Source of the DNA: an uncultured Alphaproteobacteria bacterium
GTDB taxonomy: Bacteria; Pseudomonadota; Alphaproteobacteria; Rs-D84
Length of the DNA stretch: 64,000 nucleotides
Assembly (NCBI GenBank): GCA_944389135.1
Contig: CALXLG010000005.1
Location: 1,532 to 65,531 of the forward strand
Direction of reading: 5' to 3'
The translations under genes were made by a program, and so were the position numbers. Numbering within the stretch: the first letter of the stretch is position 1; every line of letters starts with the position of its first letter. The notes beneath the pieces are model-generated. The model saw nothing but the letters and a program-made list of their open reading frames with translations. It did no database searches and had not been told where the DNA came from. Below are positions 1 through 9,500 of the stretch, piece after piece.

Positions 1-203
1 TTAGTATTTATTCTACATATAAAAAGCAGGCAACGGTTGTAAAATCTGTTACAAATGCATCAAGTAGCACAGGTAAAGTTGTTGAAAATTTAACTGCAGC
101 GCCAACTAATACAAGTGTTTCTACTACACGCCCGATAACACAGGCACTTATTACAGGTGAAGAAAAAGATAAAACAGTTACATCAAGAAATAATTTAATA
201 TAG
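1..203 (+). CDS. 3' end of a hypothetical Ser/Thr-rich protein (partial)
   Basis: Open frame from nt 3 (SIYSTYKKQATVVKSVTNASSSTG...RNNLI) to TAG at 201-203, followed by a terminator. Confidence 0.6.
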   Translation, partial: SIYSTYKKQATVVKSVTNASSSTGKVVENLTAAPTNTSVSTTRPITQALITGEEKDKTVTSRNNLI

Positions 204-232
204 AAAATTATTCATTTAAAAGTTTTTATTAA

Positions 233-260
233 TAAGAAACGCCCATCTGGGCGTTTCTTA
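233..260. terminator. Bidirectional intrinsic terminator
   Basis: taagaaacgccc-atct-gggcgtttctta hairpin between convergent genes. Confidence 0.8.
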
Positions 261-578
261 TCTAAGTCCTTTGGAACGACAACAGGCGGATGCAGCGCTG
301 CGCCAATCAGAATATTGCTTGCTTGGGTTGCGTAAGTCCTGCCAGGCTTGCCACCCATTGCATTTTTTATTATCACCTGTTCCTGTACATTTTACATATC
401 TGCGCAATGAACAAGTTTGGTCTGATATCTTGCCTGTATCTGTTGTACACTTGACAACAACATTTTGATTTCTTGCATCATTTTTTCCCAATTCTTTTGA
501 AGACAGTAATTGATATGCGTTGGCACTGCCAATCGTTGCTAAAGTAGCTAAGACGATAAATGATAATATTTTTTTCAT
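258..578 (-). CDS. Small secreted Cys-rich protein
   Basis: Signal peptide MKKILSFIVLATLATIGSANA; 6 Cys in the mature part; SD aaggag upstream. Confidence 0.75.
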   Translation of the reverse strand: MKKILSFIVLATLATIGSANAYQLLSSKELGKNDARNQNVVVKCTTDTGKISDQTCSLRRYVKCTGTGDNKKCNGWQAWQDLRNPSKQYSDWRSAASACCRSKGLR

Positions 579-652
579 ATTTGCGTCTCCTTTCTTTATT
601 TATATTATAAGAATTTATAAATAAAAAAACAATGGGTAATTGTTCAGATAAT

Positions 653-2350
653 TTAATTTTCACTGCTGGTTGACCAAGGTTGGTCATTCATAATTAAGTA
701 ATATAATTCCGCGTTTTCCGTGCCAGGATTCCTTATGACAGGACGGACGATATATATGTCAACGTTACATGCATATAAGTCTTGTTCTTCTTGTGTCTTT
801 TCAAGATTATAATGAAATTTATCTGCAAAATCCATTGCTTGTAAATAGGCCGCGTCATCATCTGCTGGGTTTATATAGTCTCCTGCCCACATTAACCACA
901 TACCATAGTTTATTACGTTTTCTTGCCCTGTCAGGTCATCTGCGGAAAGTAAACACAATGGTTTGAATTCAATATTATTAGTGAAATCACCGGTACTAGT
1001 TTCTGTTATGTCATAGAACATACCGCCAGCTAGTTTTATCGCACCATAAATTGCCCCTGCCCCCGCTTCTAGCTTTGCCAGTGCCCCCAGATTACTCAGC
1101 GTTGATTGAAATAGCCAATCGCGTACTTTACCAGATTGCATACTGCTGCGTGCAATTTTGGCACCACTTTTTAATTCTTTGCCACCTGTTGTTGCAGATT
1201 TAACGTATTTCCACAATCGTGCAATTACGTTTCCACGCTGAGCTGGACGTAGCAAACGTAAATTTCTGCGGTATTGATTTAATGAGGTAAATGTATCCAT
1301 TGCCTGTTTATATTGCTTTACATTATCATCGCTTTGTTCCATACGTTTCATTGTGTCAGCTAATGATTTTACTTCATCGCTTTTTCTGGCGTATGCTGCC
1401 GCATCTTTCGCTTTATCAATATTCTTTAATTCTTCCGCGGCATCTGTATATTTTTTTGTAGCTTTTACGTATTCAACAACAGAATCTGTTTTGCTTAATT
1501 TGCGTAATGTACCGGTTAGGTTTTTAAGCGTCTTGGATGCACGGGCCGATTTTGTTAGTCCCAACGCAACAGTACCGCCCCCCATCGTAAGAACTGTGAT
1601 TGCAACGTCTAGACCAATTTCTAAATACGTTATCCATTGTAAACTGACATCGCCGGCCACATAATAATCGTTTGAGTCGTCTTCTATATTTACGGTTTCA
1701 TGCATTGCAATATTTATTATGTCTTTATCCTCTGCTAGTGCGCTTTTACTGGTGCATCTGTTCCCTTTTGGATATATGGCGTCAATATTATCATTTATCC
1801 ATTGCATAGAAATGGTATTGCTTTTCCCTTTACCGACAAAATTATCTAAACTGCCAGATTCAACGACCATTATCGCATACCAAGCAGGGTCTGTATTAGT
1901 CCATGTGGAATTGTCATTTGGTGCACCAATCCATGGAGATGGGTTAAGGTCTGTAATGTCTCTTTTTTGACTTAAACTGATTCTTTGCTTAAGAACTTTT
2001 GGTTGTGTTTCATAATTTACGACGATTTCACGTCCGCCTGGGAAAGTGTATTGTATTGGCATAAACTTGATAGTTTCATCATCTGCAAGCGTTGCAAATT
2101 CAGGACAAGCCAAAACTTTTTCTAAAACATCTTTGTCTTGAAAAGTTTCATAAATCCATTGTTGAATTCTTGTTTCTGTATCTGTTTCTGAAACCTCACT
2201 TCTTCGTTGCGCTAACGCATCTGCAAAAGCAGTAGTTGAACATGTTGTATCTTGTTGTAAAATTTGACTTTGTTCAAGAATTAATTCTTCTGCACAAAAA
2301 GCAGGTAGACTAAAAAGACCGACAAAACAAAGTGCAATGATTTTTCGCAT
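653..2350 (-). CDS. Exported hypothetical protein with central hydrophobic helix and coiled coil
   Basis: 565-aa ORF, signal peptide, LEIGLDVAITVLTMGGGTVALG segment, abuts the upstream gene. Confidence 0.85.
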   Translation of the reverse strand: MRKIIALCFVGLFSLPAFCAEELILEQSQILQQDTTCSTTAFADALAQRRSEVSETDTETRIQQWIYETFQDKDVLEKVLACPEFATLADDETIKFMPIQYTFPGGREIVVNYETQPKVLKQRISLSQKRDITDLNPSPWIGAPNDNSTWTNTDPAWYAIMVVESGSLDNFVGKGKSNTISMQWINDNIDAIYPKGNRCTSKSALAEDKDIINIAMHETVNIEDDSNDYYVAGDVSLQWITYLEIGLDVAITVLTMGGGTVALGLTKSARASKTLKNLTGTLRKLSKTDSVVEYVKATKKYTDAAEELKNIDKAKDAAAYARKSDEVKSLADTMKRMEQSDDNVKQYKQAMDTFTSLNQYRRNLRLLRPAQRGNVIARLWKYVKSATTGGKELKSGAKIARSSMQSGKVRDWLFQSTLSNLGALAKLEAGAGAIYGAIKLAGGMFYDITETSTGDFTNNIEFKPLCLLSADDLTGQENVINYGMWLMWAGDYINPADDDAAYLQAMDFADKFHYNLEKTQEEQDLYACNVDIYIVRPVIRNPGTENAELYYLIMNDQPWSTSSEN

Positions 2351-3457
2351 TTATTTGGTGGTACTATTTGTTTGAGAATTTTGATATTTACCGCATTCTT
2401 GTAATATACGACTTCTTTCTGCTTGTATTTTCTGAACCAAAGAATCGTAATCATCAGCTTTGGGGGTTACACGTGTTCCATCTGATTTTACACATGTATT
2501 ACCAGAGCGGGTATATCCGTTTATACAACCCCAATTCCAACAGAAATGTTCTGTATCTGGCGTATAATCAATGTATTCGTCAATTCCAGATTGTGGTAAG
2601 ACATTATCACATATACGAATTTCGCATTCTGGCGCCCAAAAGTCGTCTTTCCATAAACCACTCCACCAACCGGATTTTTCCCCAGTCCAAGTATCACTTT
2701 TATTCATATTGCCTTGGACGCATTGGCGTACTGCTGGTTTGAATATTGCCTCGGTCCCATCTTGTTGGGTTTTGCTGCAGAACATATATTCACCAATATC
2801 TGCATATCGTTCACCCTGGTTAAATTGTGTATGACAACAAGTAAATTTGCCCGTAACAGGGTCATATAAACAATCTGTTTCTGAAAACAACTGAGAGCCT
2901 GCAACAAGCCCCCCCACCAGTGCACCTGATGCAACTGTTATCGCATATGCTAATTGACCAACCCCCACAAAAGCGTTTACCCCCGCTGCACCACTAGCTG
3001 CGGCTATTCCTCCACCAATAGCTCCTTGAACTACATCGCCCCAAGAATGTTCTTCTTGACCAGCTGTCGCATTTACAACCATGGCAGTTCCACTTGCTAC
3101 GCCTAATGCAGCACCCGCAACTTTGCCGGCCTTGGATAATTTACTAGCAGTACTAGTTGTGTTTTTTGGCCCAGAGGTATTCCCAGGGGGATTCCCGGGG
3201 GTGTTTCCAGGGGTGTTGCTGGGGGCGTTCCCAGGAGTTGTGTTTGGTGTATTAGAAGTGACTTCGTTCCAGGGCTGTGGCATACCTTGTATGTTTATTC
3301 TTCTGCCTGTTACACCATCGCGCCAAGCTTGGTCAGAAATGCTCTGAACTGGTATAACACCAGGGTCGTTCCAATTTAATGCAGTGGCACAATTGGCATA
3401 AAACATAACTGCAATAATACTAACAGCAAAACGTCCAAGCTTTTCGTAGCGTTTCAT
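2351..3457 (-). CDS. Exported protein with PGN repeats, glycine-zipper-like helices and Cys-rich C-terminus
   Basis: 368-aa ORF; signal peptide; GAALGVASG/GAIGGGIAAASG/GALVGGLVAG; multiple Cys. Confidence 0.85.
   Translation of the reverse strand: MKRYEKLGRFAVSIIAVMFYANCATALNWNDPGVIPVQSISDQAWRDGVTGRRINIQGMPQPWNEVTSNTPNTTPGNAPSNTPGNTPGNPPGNTSGPKNTTSTASKLSKAGKVAGAALGVASGTAMVVNATAGQEEHSWGDVVQGAIGGGIAAASGAAGVNAFVGVGQLAYAITVASGALVGGLVAGSQLFSETDCLYDPVTGKFTCCHTQFNQGERYADIGEYMFCSKTQQDGTEAIFKPAVRQCVQGNMNKSDTWTGEKSGWWSGLWKDDFWAPECEIRICDNVLPQSGIDEYIDYTPDTEHFCWNWGCINGYTRSGNTCVKSDGTRVTPKADDYDSLVQKIQAERSRILQECGKYQNSQTNSTTK
3171..3255 (-). repeat. Degenerate 12-bp tandem repeat encoding (T/A/P)PGN units
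   Basis: TPNTTPGNAPSNTPGNTPGNPPGNTSG; locally GC-rich. Confidence 0.6.
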
Positions 3458-3458
3458 T

Positions 3459-4361
3459 TTAATATTGCCCTTGTAATCTGTCTATGCAATCAACGACTGG
3501 CAGTTGGTTCGCACGACAGTTTTGTATTGTCTGTAAATCTTTGTCCAAAATCGCAATCTTATTCAGTGCTTCTTTACAATATGCTTCTTCGCGATTTACA
3601 TACACCGTTGGGTCTGTTTCCATAAGCTTCTCAAAATTAAAATTTGGTATGACATATGCCGATTTGCCTGCATATGGCATATAGCCTTCTTTTAAAACTT
3701 GCTGTCTTTCTGTAAAGGACAAGTCCGCAAATGTTGTTGGAAAGTCCGTCTTTACAATTTTATTAGTACCTGCTGAATTCTGAGATTGCAGTTGTTCTAA
3801 TTCTTGCTCTCGTTCTTTCATCTCAACCGCCCAATCAGGTGCCTGTTGTGGTTGTAAGATATTAAAGTTTACTTCTTGTTGATTAACGGAAGGATTCGCA
3901 ACTGTTGCTTCTGGAAAAGCAACAACTTTCCCTTTTGGAGCTGCATTTGTATTATTCTTTTTATATGTTTCAAATTCTGTATCAATATATCCACTGCAAG
4001 GAGTTACATAATTATGCCCCGGAATACTTGCAAGTTGTACGGTTATAGTTGGTTTTGCGTCTTCTAAGCTGACCTCTAAACAATTGTTTCTGGTCGAGCA
4101 ATAAGATGCAATCAGTGCACTGACAACACGTTGGCAATCGCCAGTATCAACATCTGTGCCTTGAATATAAACTGGTACAGGCATACGCTGATTATATGGT
4201 GCATCTGGATTCCAAAATGGGTTAGATGAATAGTTCTGTACGTTTTGTATTTGACCGTATTGTGAAAACGGCTGATTCGTTGTCGGAAATGTCGTTGCAG
4301 ATGCAGCACCAGACAACATACTAACAATGAGTGCAAAAACAGGTATTATTTGCTTTGACAT
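3459..4361 (-). CDS. Exported hypothetical protein
   Basis: 300-aa ORF, signal peptide ending ASA, paired Cys; 1-nt gap to the next gene. Confidence 0.85.
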   Translation of the reverse strand: MSKQIIPVFALIVSMLSGAASATTFPTTNQPFSQYGQIQNVQNYSSNPFWNPDAPYNQRMPVPVYIQGTDVDTGDCQRVVSALIASYCSTRNNCLEVSLEDAKPTITVQLASIPGHNYVTPCSGYIDTEFETYKKNNTNAAPKGKVVAFPEATVANPSVNQQEVNFNILQPQQAPDWAVEMKEREQELEQLQSQNSAGTNKIVKTDFPTTFADLSFTERQQVLKEGYMPYAGKSAYVIPNFNFEKLMETDPTVYVNREEAYCKEALNKIAILDKDLQTIQNCRANQLPVVDCIDRLQGQY

Positions 4362-4392
4362 TCTCTATCCATTATCTCCTATTACTAGCAAA

Positions 4393-4863
4393 TTATACCA
4401 AAAAGCTAACTATAATTAAAGCTAAAAATCCGCCAATTAAGAAAAACGGTGCAAACGGTATAAAGCGTTGTTTTTTATATATTCCCCATATTGTTCCAGT
4501 TAAACAAGCTATTATTAAAGCTATGGATAGACCCGTCGCACCCAGCCATATACCACCAGTGCCAATTAATTTTATGTCGCCCATACCAATAGGTGTTGTT
4601 GTGTCAGTGCTTTTTCGTCTGCGTATTATGTCAAAAACAAACCCTATTAAAGCTGCAATTATATATCCAAAAGCACCTGCAACGGCGCTTTCTGCAGATG
4701 AAATTGGCCAAGGAAAGAAGTTAACAATAAGTAAACCTATAAGCAAAAGTGGAAATAAATATGCGTCAGGAATAATTCTTCTGCGAAAGTCCGCAACAGA
4801 AATTAACCATGCGCATAGTAAAGCGCAAATTAATAAAAGTATAAAAAATATATAAAAAATCAT
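4393..4863 (-). CDS. Prepilin peptidase, A24 family (short CpaA/TadV-like)
   Basis: Polytopic membrane protein with SVADFRRRIIPD and IGMGDIKL catalytic Asp motifs; IPFAPF. Confidence 0.85.
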   Translation of the reverse strand: MIFYIFFILLLICALLCAWLISVADFRRRIIPDAYLFPLLLIGLLIVNFFPWPISSAESAVAGAFGYIIAALIGFVFDIIRRRKSTDTTTPIGMGDIKLIGTGGIWLGATGLSIALIIACLTGTIWGIYKKQRFIPFAPFFLIGGFLALIIVSFLV

Positions 4864-4936
4864 ATTTTTACCCCTTGCCTTTCGATTCGAAACTATGCTA
4901 CAATTATATCAGTATATTTAACAAGGGTTTTTTAAT

Positions 4937-5503
4937 ATGAGCAAGGGTTGGGATAACGCAACATTAAAAAAATTAAAGGCTTTGACTGGGAAAGGACTGT
5001 CTACGTCAGAAATTGGCAAACGTTTAGGCATGTCTAAAAATGCTGTTGTAGGTAAGCTAAATCGTATGGGGTGGAATTCTAAGGCAGGTGGCGTTGCAGC
5101 AACAGAAACTAAAAAAACATCTAAAAAAACAGAAGACAAGAAAAGTTTGGTAAAAAAAGTTGCCGAAAAACTGCAGAAAAAGAAAGCTGCACCAAAAGTG
5201 GATGCAAAAAAAGTTTTACCAAAGAAAAAAGTAGAAAACAAAAAAACTGTCGCAAAAGCAGAAAGCAAAAAAAGCCCAGCAAAAGATACAAAAACGTTGA
5301 ATAAATCTTTGGCAATGCACCAACGTATAATTCAACATTCGTTGGAAATGGCAAATTTGAAACCGAATCAGTGTCGCTGGCCAATTGGTGATCCTGATTC
5401 TGAAAATTTTCATTTTTGTGGTGAACAGGTTTTTGTTGGGAAACCTTATTGTTATGAGCATTGTAAACAAGCGTATCAGTTTACACCACCTAAAAAGAAG
5501 TAA
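4937..5503 (+). CDS. gcrA: GcrA cell-cycle regulator
   Basis: N-terminal GLSTSEIGKRLGMSKNAVVGKLNR; C-terminal CRWPIGDP..FHFCG...PYCYEH. Confidence 0.9.
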   Translation: MSKGWDNATLKKLKALTGKGLSTSEIGKRLGMSKNAVVGKLNRMGWNSKAGGVAATETKKTSKKTEDKKSLVKKVAEKLQKKKAAPKVDAKKVLPKKKVENKKTVAKAESKKSPAKDTKTLNKSLAMHQRIIQHSLEMANLKPNQCRWPIGDPDSENFHFCGEQVFVGKPYCYEHCKQAYQFTPPKKK

Positions 5504-5541
5504 AGTGCGGAATTAACTGAGAAAGTGAGAGGGATAAATAT

Positions 5542-7635
5542 ATGTCTTACTTGACACAAAAAGAATATAAAATATCAGGAAACGACTTTAAGGCGTTTTA
5601 TGATGCAGCTGGTAAGTTGGTCTTTGTTATAGATGCAACGATTGATGACAGAAAAAATAATGTTCTTTTGGTTATTAACCCTGTTGGTGATAGAAAGTGG
5701 GATGATATTTTATCTAATGATTATGGCGTTGCATTGGAAACAATTCGCCCAAAGAAAGACAATAAATATCAAAAGCTGGATATAGAATATAGCGGTTTGG
5801 CTGTTTATGATGATTTAATACATGCTTTTGAAGATGGTGAAGATATTAATGGTTTGTTAAACGATTTGGTTGTGTTTCGTGATGCGTCCATTCGTCGTTC
5901 TGCCCAAGAACGTTTGGAAATTGCAGAGCAAAAGGCCGAAAAAACACGCGAAACGATTGAGAAAACTAATGCAACAATTGCTGATTTGCAGTCCAAACTA
6001 AAGATATTACGCACCACATTATCGCAGCAAAGAAAGCAAATTGGAAAAGAACCTACAAAAAAATCAGCTGCTAAAATTCTTAGAACAGAGGCGCAGATAG
6101 ATGCAACAAACGAAAAATTGCGTCGTGCGAAAAAAAGGCTAAATAATGCACAACGTAGATTGGTTGTTGCAGAAGAAGATGCTGAATTGGCTCGTGAAAT
6201 TTTGGCTCGTAAACCTATTACAGGGGGAAATGTAAAAAGTCAGAGTAAACCCAAGAATTTGCCAGCTGTTAAATCTGAAAGTGATGCTTTGGTGGTTAAG
6301 CAGTTGGTTGAGGTTCCTGAAAAAGAAGAACCACAACCAGAAGAAGAATTTAAACCTGTAGAAGTGGTCAAAAAAGAAGATTATCAGGAAGAATATACTG
6401 GTACAGAAGAAGCAGAGACAAAAACAATGGCAGAAGAAGAAATTCAACCTTTATTTGATAAAGATCCAGGAATTATAGACGAAGAAATTGCTTTTAAGCC
6501 AATTTCTTTTGGTGATGATATAAATGTATCAGATGAAGAAGACAAAAAAGCAGAAAATTATGAAAAATCTGTTCCAGAAGAAAGTTTTGCAGAAGAACTT
6601 TCTTTTACGCCTCCTGTTGCAAAGAAGGAAGAAATAAAAGAAGAAACAGATTTTATTGCACCGATAGATATAAAACCAATTGCAGATGTTCAAGATACAT
6701 CGGAGAAGACACCTGTTTTAGATTCTATCAAGGCGGTAGATTCTATTCAGAATAATTATTTTGATATCAAAGAGGATTCTGATAAGAATTTAAGTGCAGA
6801 AGATTTTATGCGCCCTGCCCCAATTGTGAGCGAACAAGATGCGGCGCAGAAAGATGATATTGCGGTTGCGCCTGTATCATCTGATGCAAGACCTGTGTCG
6901 CCTATAACTGGAAATGCTGCACCTGTAACCCCAACACAACGTAAACCGACAACTTTATATTATGTTATGTTGATATTGCTGATAATTTTGTCTGTGTTCA
7001 CTTTATGGCTATATCAGAAAAATGCTGGGGATAAAACACCTGATTTAATTGCGCCTGTTGTAACCCAGACAGAAGTAATTGATAATACACAATCTGTTAG
7101 TGAAGACGGTTTAACAGAATCTCCTTTTATTCCTGCTGTTCCAACACCAGTTGAAGAACAAGAACCTGTTCAGGAAACTGTGGAAGAAGTGTCTGCTGTG
7201 TCTGAAACATTGACGCCTGCACAACCAGAAGTTGTGGAACCAGAACCAGTTGTCATAGAACCTGTTCAGGAAGATGTAGTCGTTGAAGAAGAACCTGTTG
7301 TGGAAGAGACAATTGAAGAAACAACTGTTGTACAGCCTATGGTAGAACCTGTTGCGCCACCATATGAAGAGCCTGCCCCTGTTATAGAATCTGAAGAAGA
7401 AATTATTGCAAGTAAACCTGCGTATAATGTCTCTCAGAACGAGAAAATGTTTGTATCGGGTTCGGAATATGATGATAGTACTACTTACGTAAATGAAGAA
7501 GTTCCGTTATGCCCAGATGGCACAGAACCTGACTTTAACGGTTGTTGCACTGGCGAGGTTTATACAGATTTAGGTGCGGCAGGATTTAATTGTTGCCCTG
7601 TTTCTGGAGGAGACTGTTTCCCACCGTTGTTTTAG
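5542..7635 (+). CDS. Bitopic membrane protein: coiled coil, acidic linker, TM helix, Cys-rich C-terminal knot
   Basis: 697-aa ORF; TM LYYVMLILLIILSVFTLWLY; C-terminal CPDG..GCC...NCC....DC. Confidence 0.85.
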   Translation: MSYLTQKEYKISGNDFKAFYDAAGKLVFVIDATIDDRKNNVLLVINPVGDRKWDDILSNDYGVALETIRPKKDNKYQKLDIEYSGLAVYDDLIHAFEDGEDINGLLNDLVVFRDASIRRSAQERLEIAEQKAEKTRETIEKTNATIADLQSKLKILRTTLSQQRKQIGKEPTKKSAAKILRTEAQIDATNEKLRRAKKRLNNAQRRLVVAEEDAELAREILARKPITGGNVKSQSKPKNLPAVKSESDALVVKQLVEVPEKEEPQPEEEFKPVEVVKKEDYQEEYTGTEEAETKTMAEEEIQPLFDKDPGIIDEEIAFKPISFGDDINVSDEEDKKAENYEKSVPEESFAEELSFTPPVAKKEEIKEETDFIAPIDIKPIADVQDTSEKTPVLDSIKAVDSIQNNYFDIKEDSDKNLSAEDFMRPAPIVSEQDAAQKDDIAVAPVSSDARPVSPITGNAAPVTPTQRKPTTLYYVMLILLIILSVFTLWLYQKNAGDKTPDLIAPVVTQTEVIDNTQSVSEDGLTESPFIPAVPTPVEEQEPVQETVEEVSAVSETLTPAQPEVVEPEPVVIEPVQEDVVVEEEPVVEETIEETTVVQPMVEPVAPPYEEPAPVIESEEEIIASKPAYNVSQNEKMFVSGSEYDDSTTYVNEEVPLCPDGTEPDFNGCCTGEVYTDLGAAGFNCCPVSGGDCFPPLF

Positions 7636-7646
7636 GAACATTACGT

Positions 7647-7686
7647 AATAAAAAAACAACCGCCTAAAAAGGCGGTTTTTTTTATT
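7647..7686. terminator. Bidirectional intrinsic terminator
   Basis: aaccgcct-aaaa-aggcggtt with A/T tails. Confidence 0.8.
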
Positions 7687-7692
7687 GTTTCT

Positions 7693-8070
7693 TTACATTT
7701 TTTCTATAATTACAATAGCGGCTGAGTAATCATCTTGGTCTGTTATAGATAGATGAACTTTTGCATCTGCGCCTGCTAATTCTTTTAGAGCCGCTTTTGC
7801 ACCACCTGCAAGTAGTAGTTCTGGACGCCCTGCATCATCATGAATAACAGATACATCAGAAAAAGCTATATCATCACCAAAGCCTGTTCCCAAAGCTTTC
7901 AGGCATGCTTCACGTGCAGCCCAGAAATTAGCAAGATGCTTTTCGGCGTTTGCGTTATCTGTATCTGCATATTCAAGTTCTTTTTTTGTAAATATGCGTT
8001 GTTTTTTAAATGCAGACCAATCAAGAAACCGGCCACACTCTACCAAATCAATTCCAATACCAACTATCAC
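7693..8070 (-). CDS. acpS: Holo-ACP synthase
   Basis: GIGIDLVE, FWAAREACLKALGTG, HLSITD motifs. Confidence 0.92.
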   Translation of the reverse strand: MIVGIGIDLVECGRFLDWSAFKKQRIFTKKELEYADTDNANAEKHLANFWAAREACLKALGTGFGDDIAFSDVSVIHDDAGRPELLLAGGAKAALKELAGADAKVHLSITDQDDYSAAIVIIEKM

Positions 8071-8194
8071 GGATATTTCCTCCCATAAGACTGGTTAAAC
8101 TGATATGCGAATACTAGTCATTTTTTTCCGATTCGTGCAAGCAGAAAATATATTCTTGCAATTATTAATTTAGAATTGTATAAATTGCGTACGT

Positions 8195-8271
8195 CGGGGT
8201 GTAGCTCAGCCTGGTAGAGTACTTGCATGGGGTGCAAGGGGTCGCAGGTTCGATTCCTGTCACCCCGACCA
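8195..8271 (+). tRNA. tRNA-Pro(GGG)
   Basis: CGGGGTG acceptor stem, anticodon arm CTTGC-ATGGGGT-GCAAG, GGTTCGATTCC T-loop, 3' CCA. Confidence 0.95.
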
Positions 8272-8462
8272 AAAATAAAGAAACGCCCGCAGTGGCGTTT
8301 GTTTATTTTTGTATGGGTATTACGGAAATCAACATCGCATACGCAGTATGCCCAGGTTCGACAATGAGTAGATTTGACAAGCGTTGCGCAGTCAAATCGT
8401 TAGGAATGCCCCACAGCCGGCACCATTTTGTGCCGTGCGAGGGAATCCTGTCACCCCGACCA
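8272..8462 (+). repeat. 191-bp tRNA-linked unit ending in a duplicate of the tRNA-Pro 3' end (RtT-like)
   Basis: Terminator-like hairpin, internal hairpins, then tcctgtcaccccgacca identical to the tRNA 3' end. Confidence 0.8.
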
Positions 8463-8583
8463 TTTTTTATAATTAATTTTATCACGTGACAAACATATAA
8501 ATAATTGGTTTTTATTCCTTAAAAAAATTGATTTTTTTCATGTTGTGAATTAATATATTTCTATAAATTTTAGAGGCGGAAAT

Positions 8584-9468
8584 ATGTTTGTAACAGAAAA
8601 ATTAAAAACATTCTCTTGGGTAAATGTTGGAAATCCAGACCACGAAGACTTTGAAAAATTACAAACAGAATACAAAATAGATGAAGATACTATATCTGAC
8701 ATTCTTGACCCTGATGAACAACCCCGCTTTGAAGTTGAAGATGATTATAAGGTTATTATCGTTCGTTTCCCTATTATTAATCGCGAAATGGATACTTTGT
8801 GGCATACAGAACCATTATCAATAATTTATTCCTCTAACCGTGTTATTACAGTTTGTCGTAAACGCTGTGATTTGTTAGATAAATTGAAAAAAGCAGATAA
8901 AACATCCCGAGAAGAGTTTATTCTAAATATAATATACTATATTGCTGAATCCTATCTGCGTTCGTTAAAAGAGCTTAATAAGCGTGTTATTGATTCCAAA
9001 AAGATTTTGCTTGAACGTGTTCGTAAAAAAGAGTTGTTGGATTTGTTAGACGTAGAAAATAGTTATACCTTGTATATGGCGGGTTTAAAAGGAAATGTGG
9101 CCGTGTTGGATAAACTTGAAAAAGTTCGTGGTTTTGTTAAGACCGAAGAAACAAAAGAGCTTTCCGAAGATGCCAGAATAGAATTATCTCAGGGGATAGA
9201 AGTCGTGACGTCATACAGTAAAATGTTGAAATCTATAAAAGAAACTTTTGAAAGTGTTATTAATATGGATTCAAATACTTACATTAATCGTCTGACTATG
9301 TGGAATATTATATTAGTGGTACCGACTGTTATTGTTGGGTATTATGGTATGAATGTCCGGTTGCCTTTTGCTGACAATGCCCAGATTGCCACTGCTATAT
9401 TTGTTTTGATAATGGTTTTATTATTGGGATTTGCAATGTTTAGTCTTATACGAAGAAGAGTTTTTTAA
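8584..9468 (+). CDS. corA: CorA-family Mg2+/Co2+ transporter
   Basis: DPDEQPRFE; two C-terminal TM helices with YGMN signature. Confidence 0.85.
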   Translation: MFVTEKLKTFSWVNVGNPDHEDFEKLQTEYKIDEDTISDILDPDEQPRFEVEDDYKVIIVRFPIINREMDTLWHTEPLSIIYSSNRVITVCRKRCDLLDKLKKADKTSREEFILNIIYYIAESYLRSLKELNKRVIDSKKILLERVRKKELLDLLDVENSYTLYMAGLKGNVAVLDKLEKVRGFVKTEETKELSEDARIELSQGIEVVTSYSKMLKSIKETFESVINMDSNTYINRLTMWNIILVVPTVIVGYYGMNVRLPFADNAQIATAIFVLIMVLLLGFAMFSLIRRRVF

Positions 9469-9500
9469 AAATAAAGCGCCATTAATTTGGCGCTTTATTT
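9469..9500. terminator. Bidirectional intrinsic terminator
   Basis: aaataaagcgcca-ttaatt-tggcgctttattt. Confidence 0.8.

Noticed and set aside
653-4361. Type IV/Tad pilin genes next to the prepilin peptidase
   Set aside because: The N-termini look like ordinary Sec signal peptides, with no G|F-x-x-x-E class III motif.
8272-8462. Prophage or genomic island at tRNA-Pro
   Set aside because: Only about 170 bp lie between the att-like duplicates, with no integrase or cargo.
8223-8489. ORFs 8223-8489 and 8303-8485
   Set aside because: They overlap tRNA-Pro and/or its structured downstream unit and have no protein-like features.
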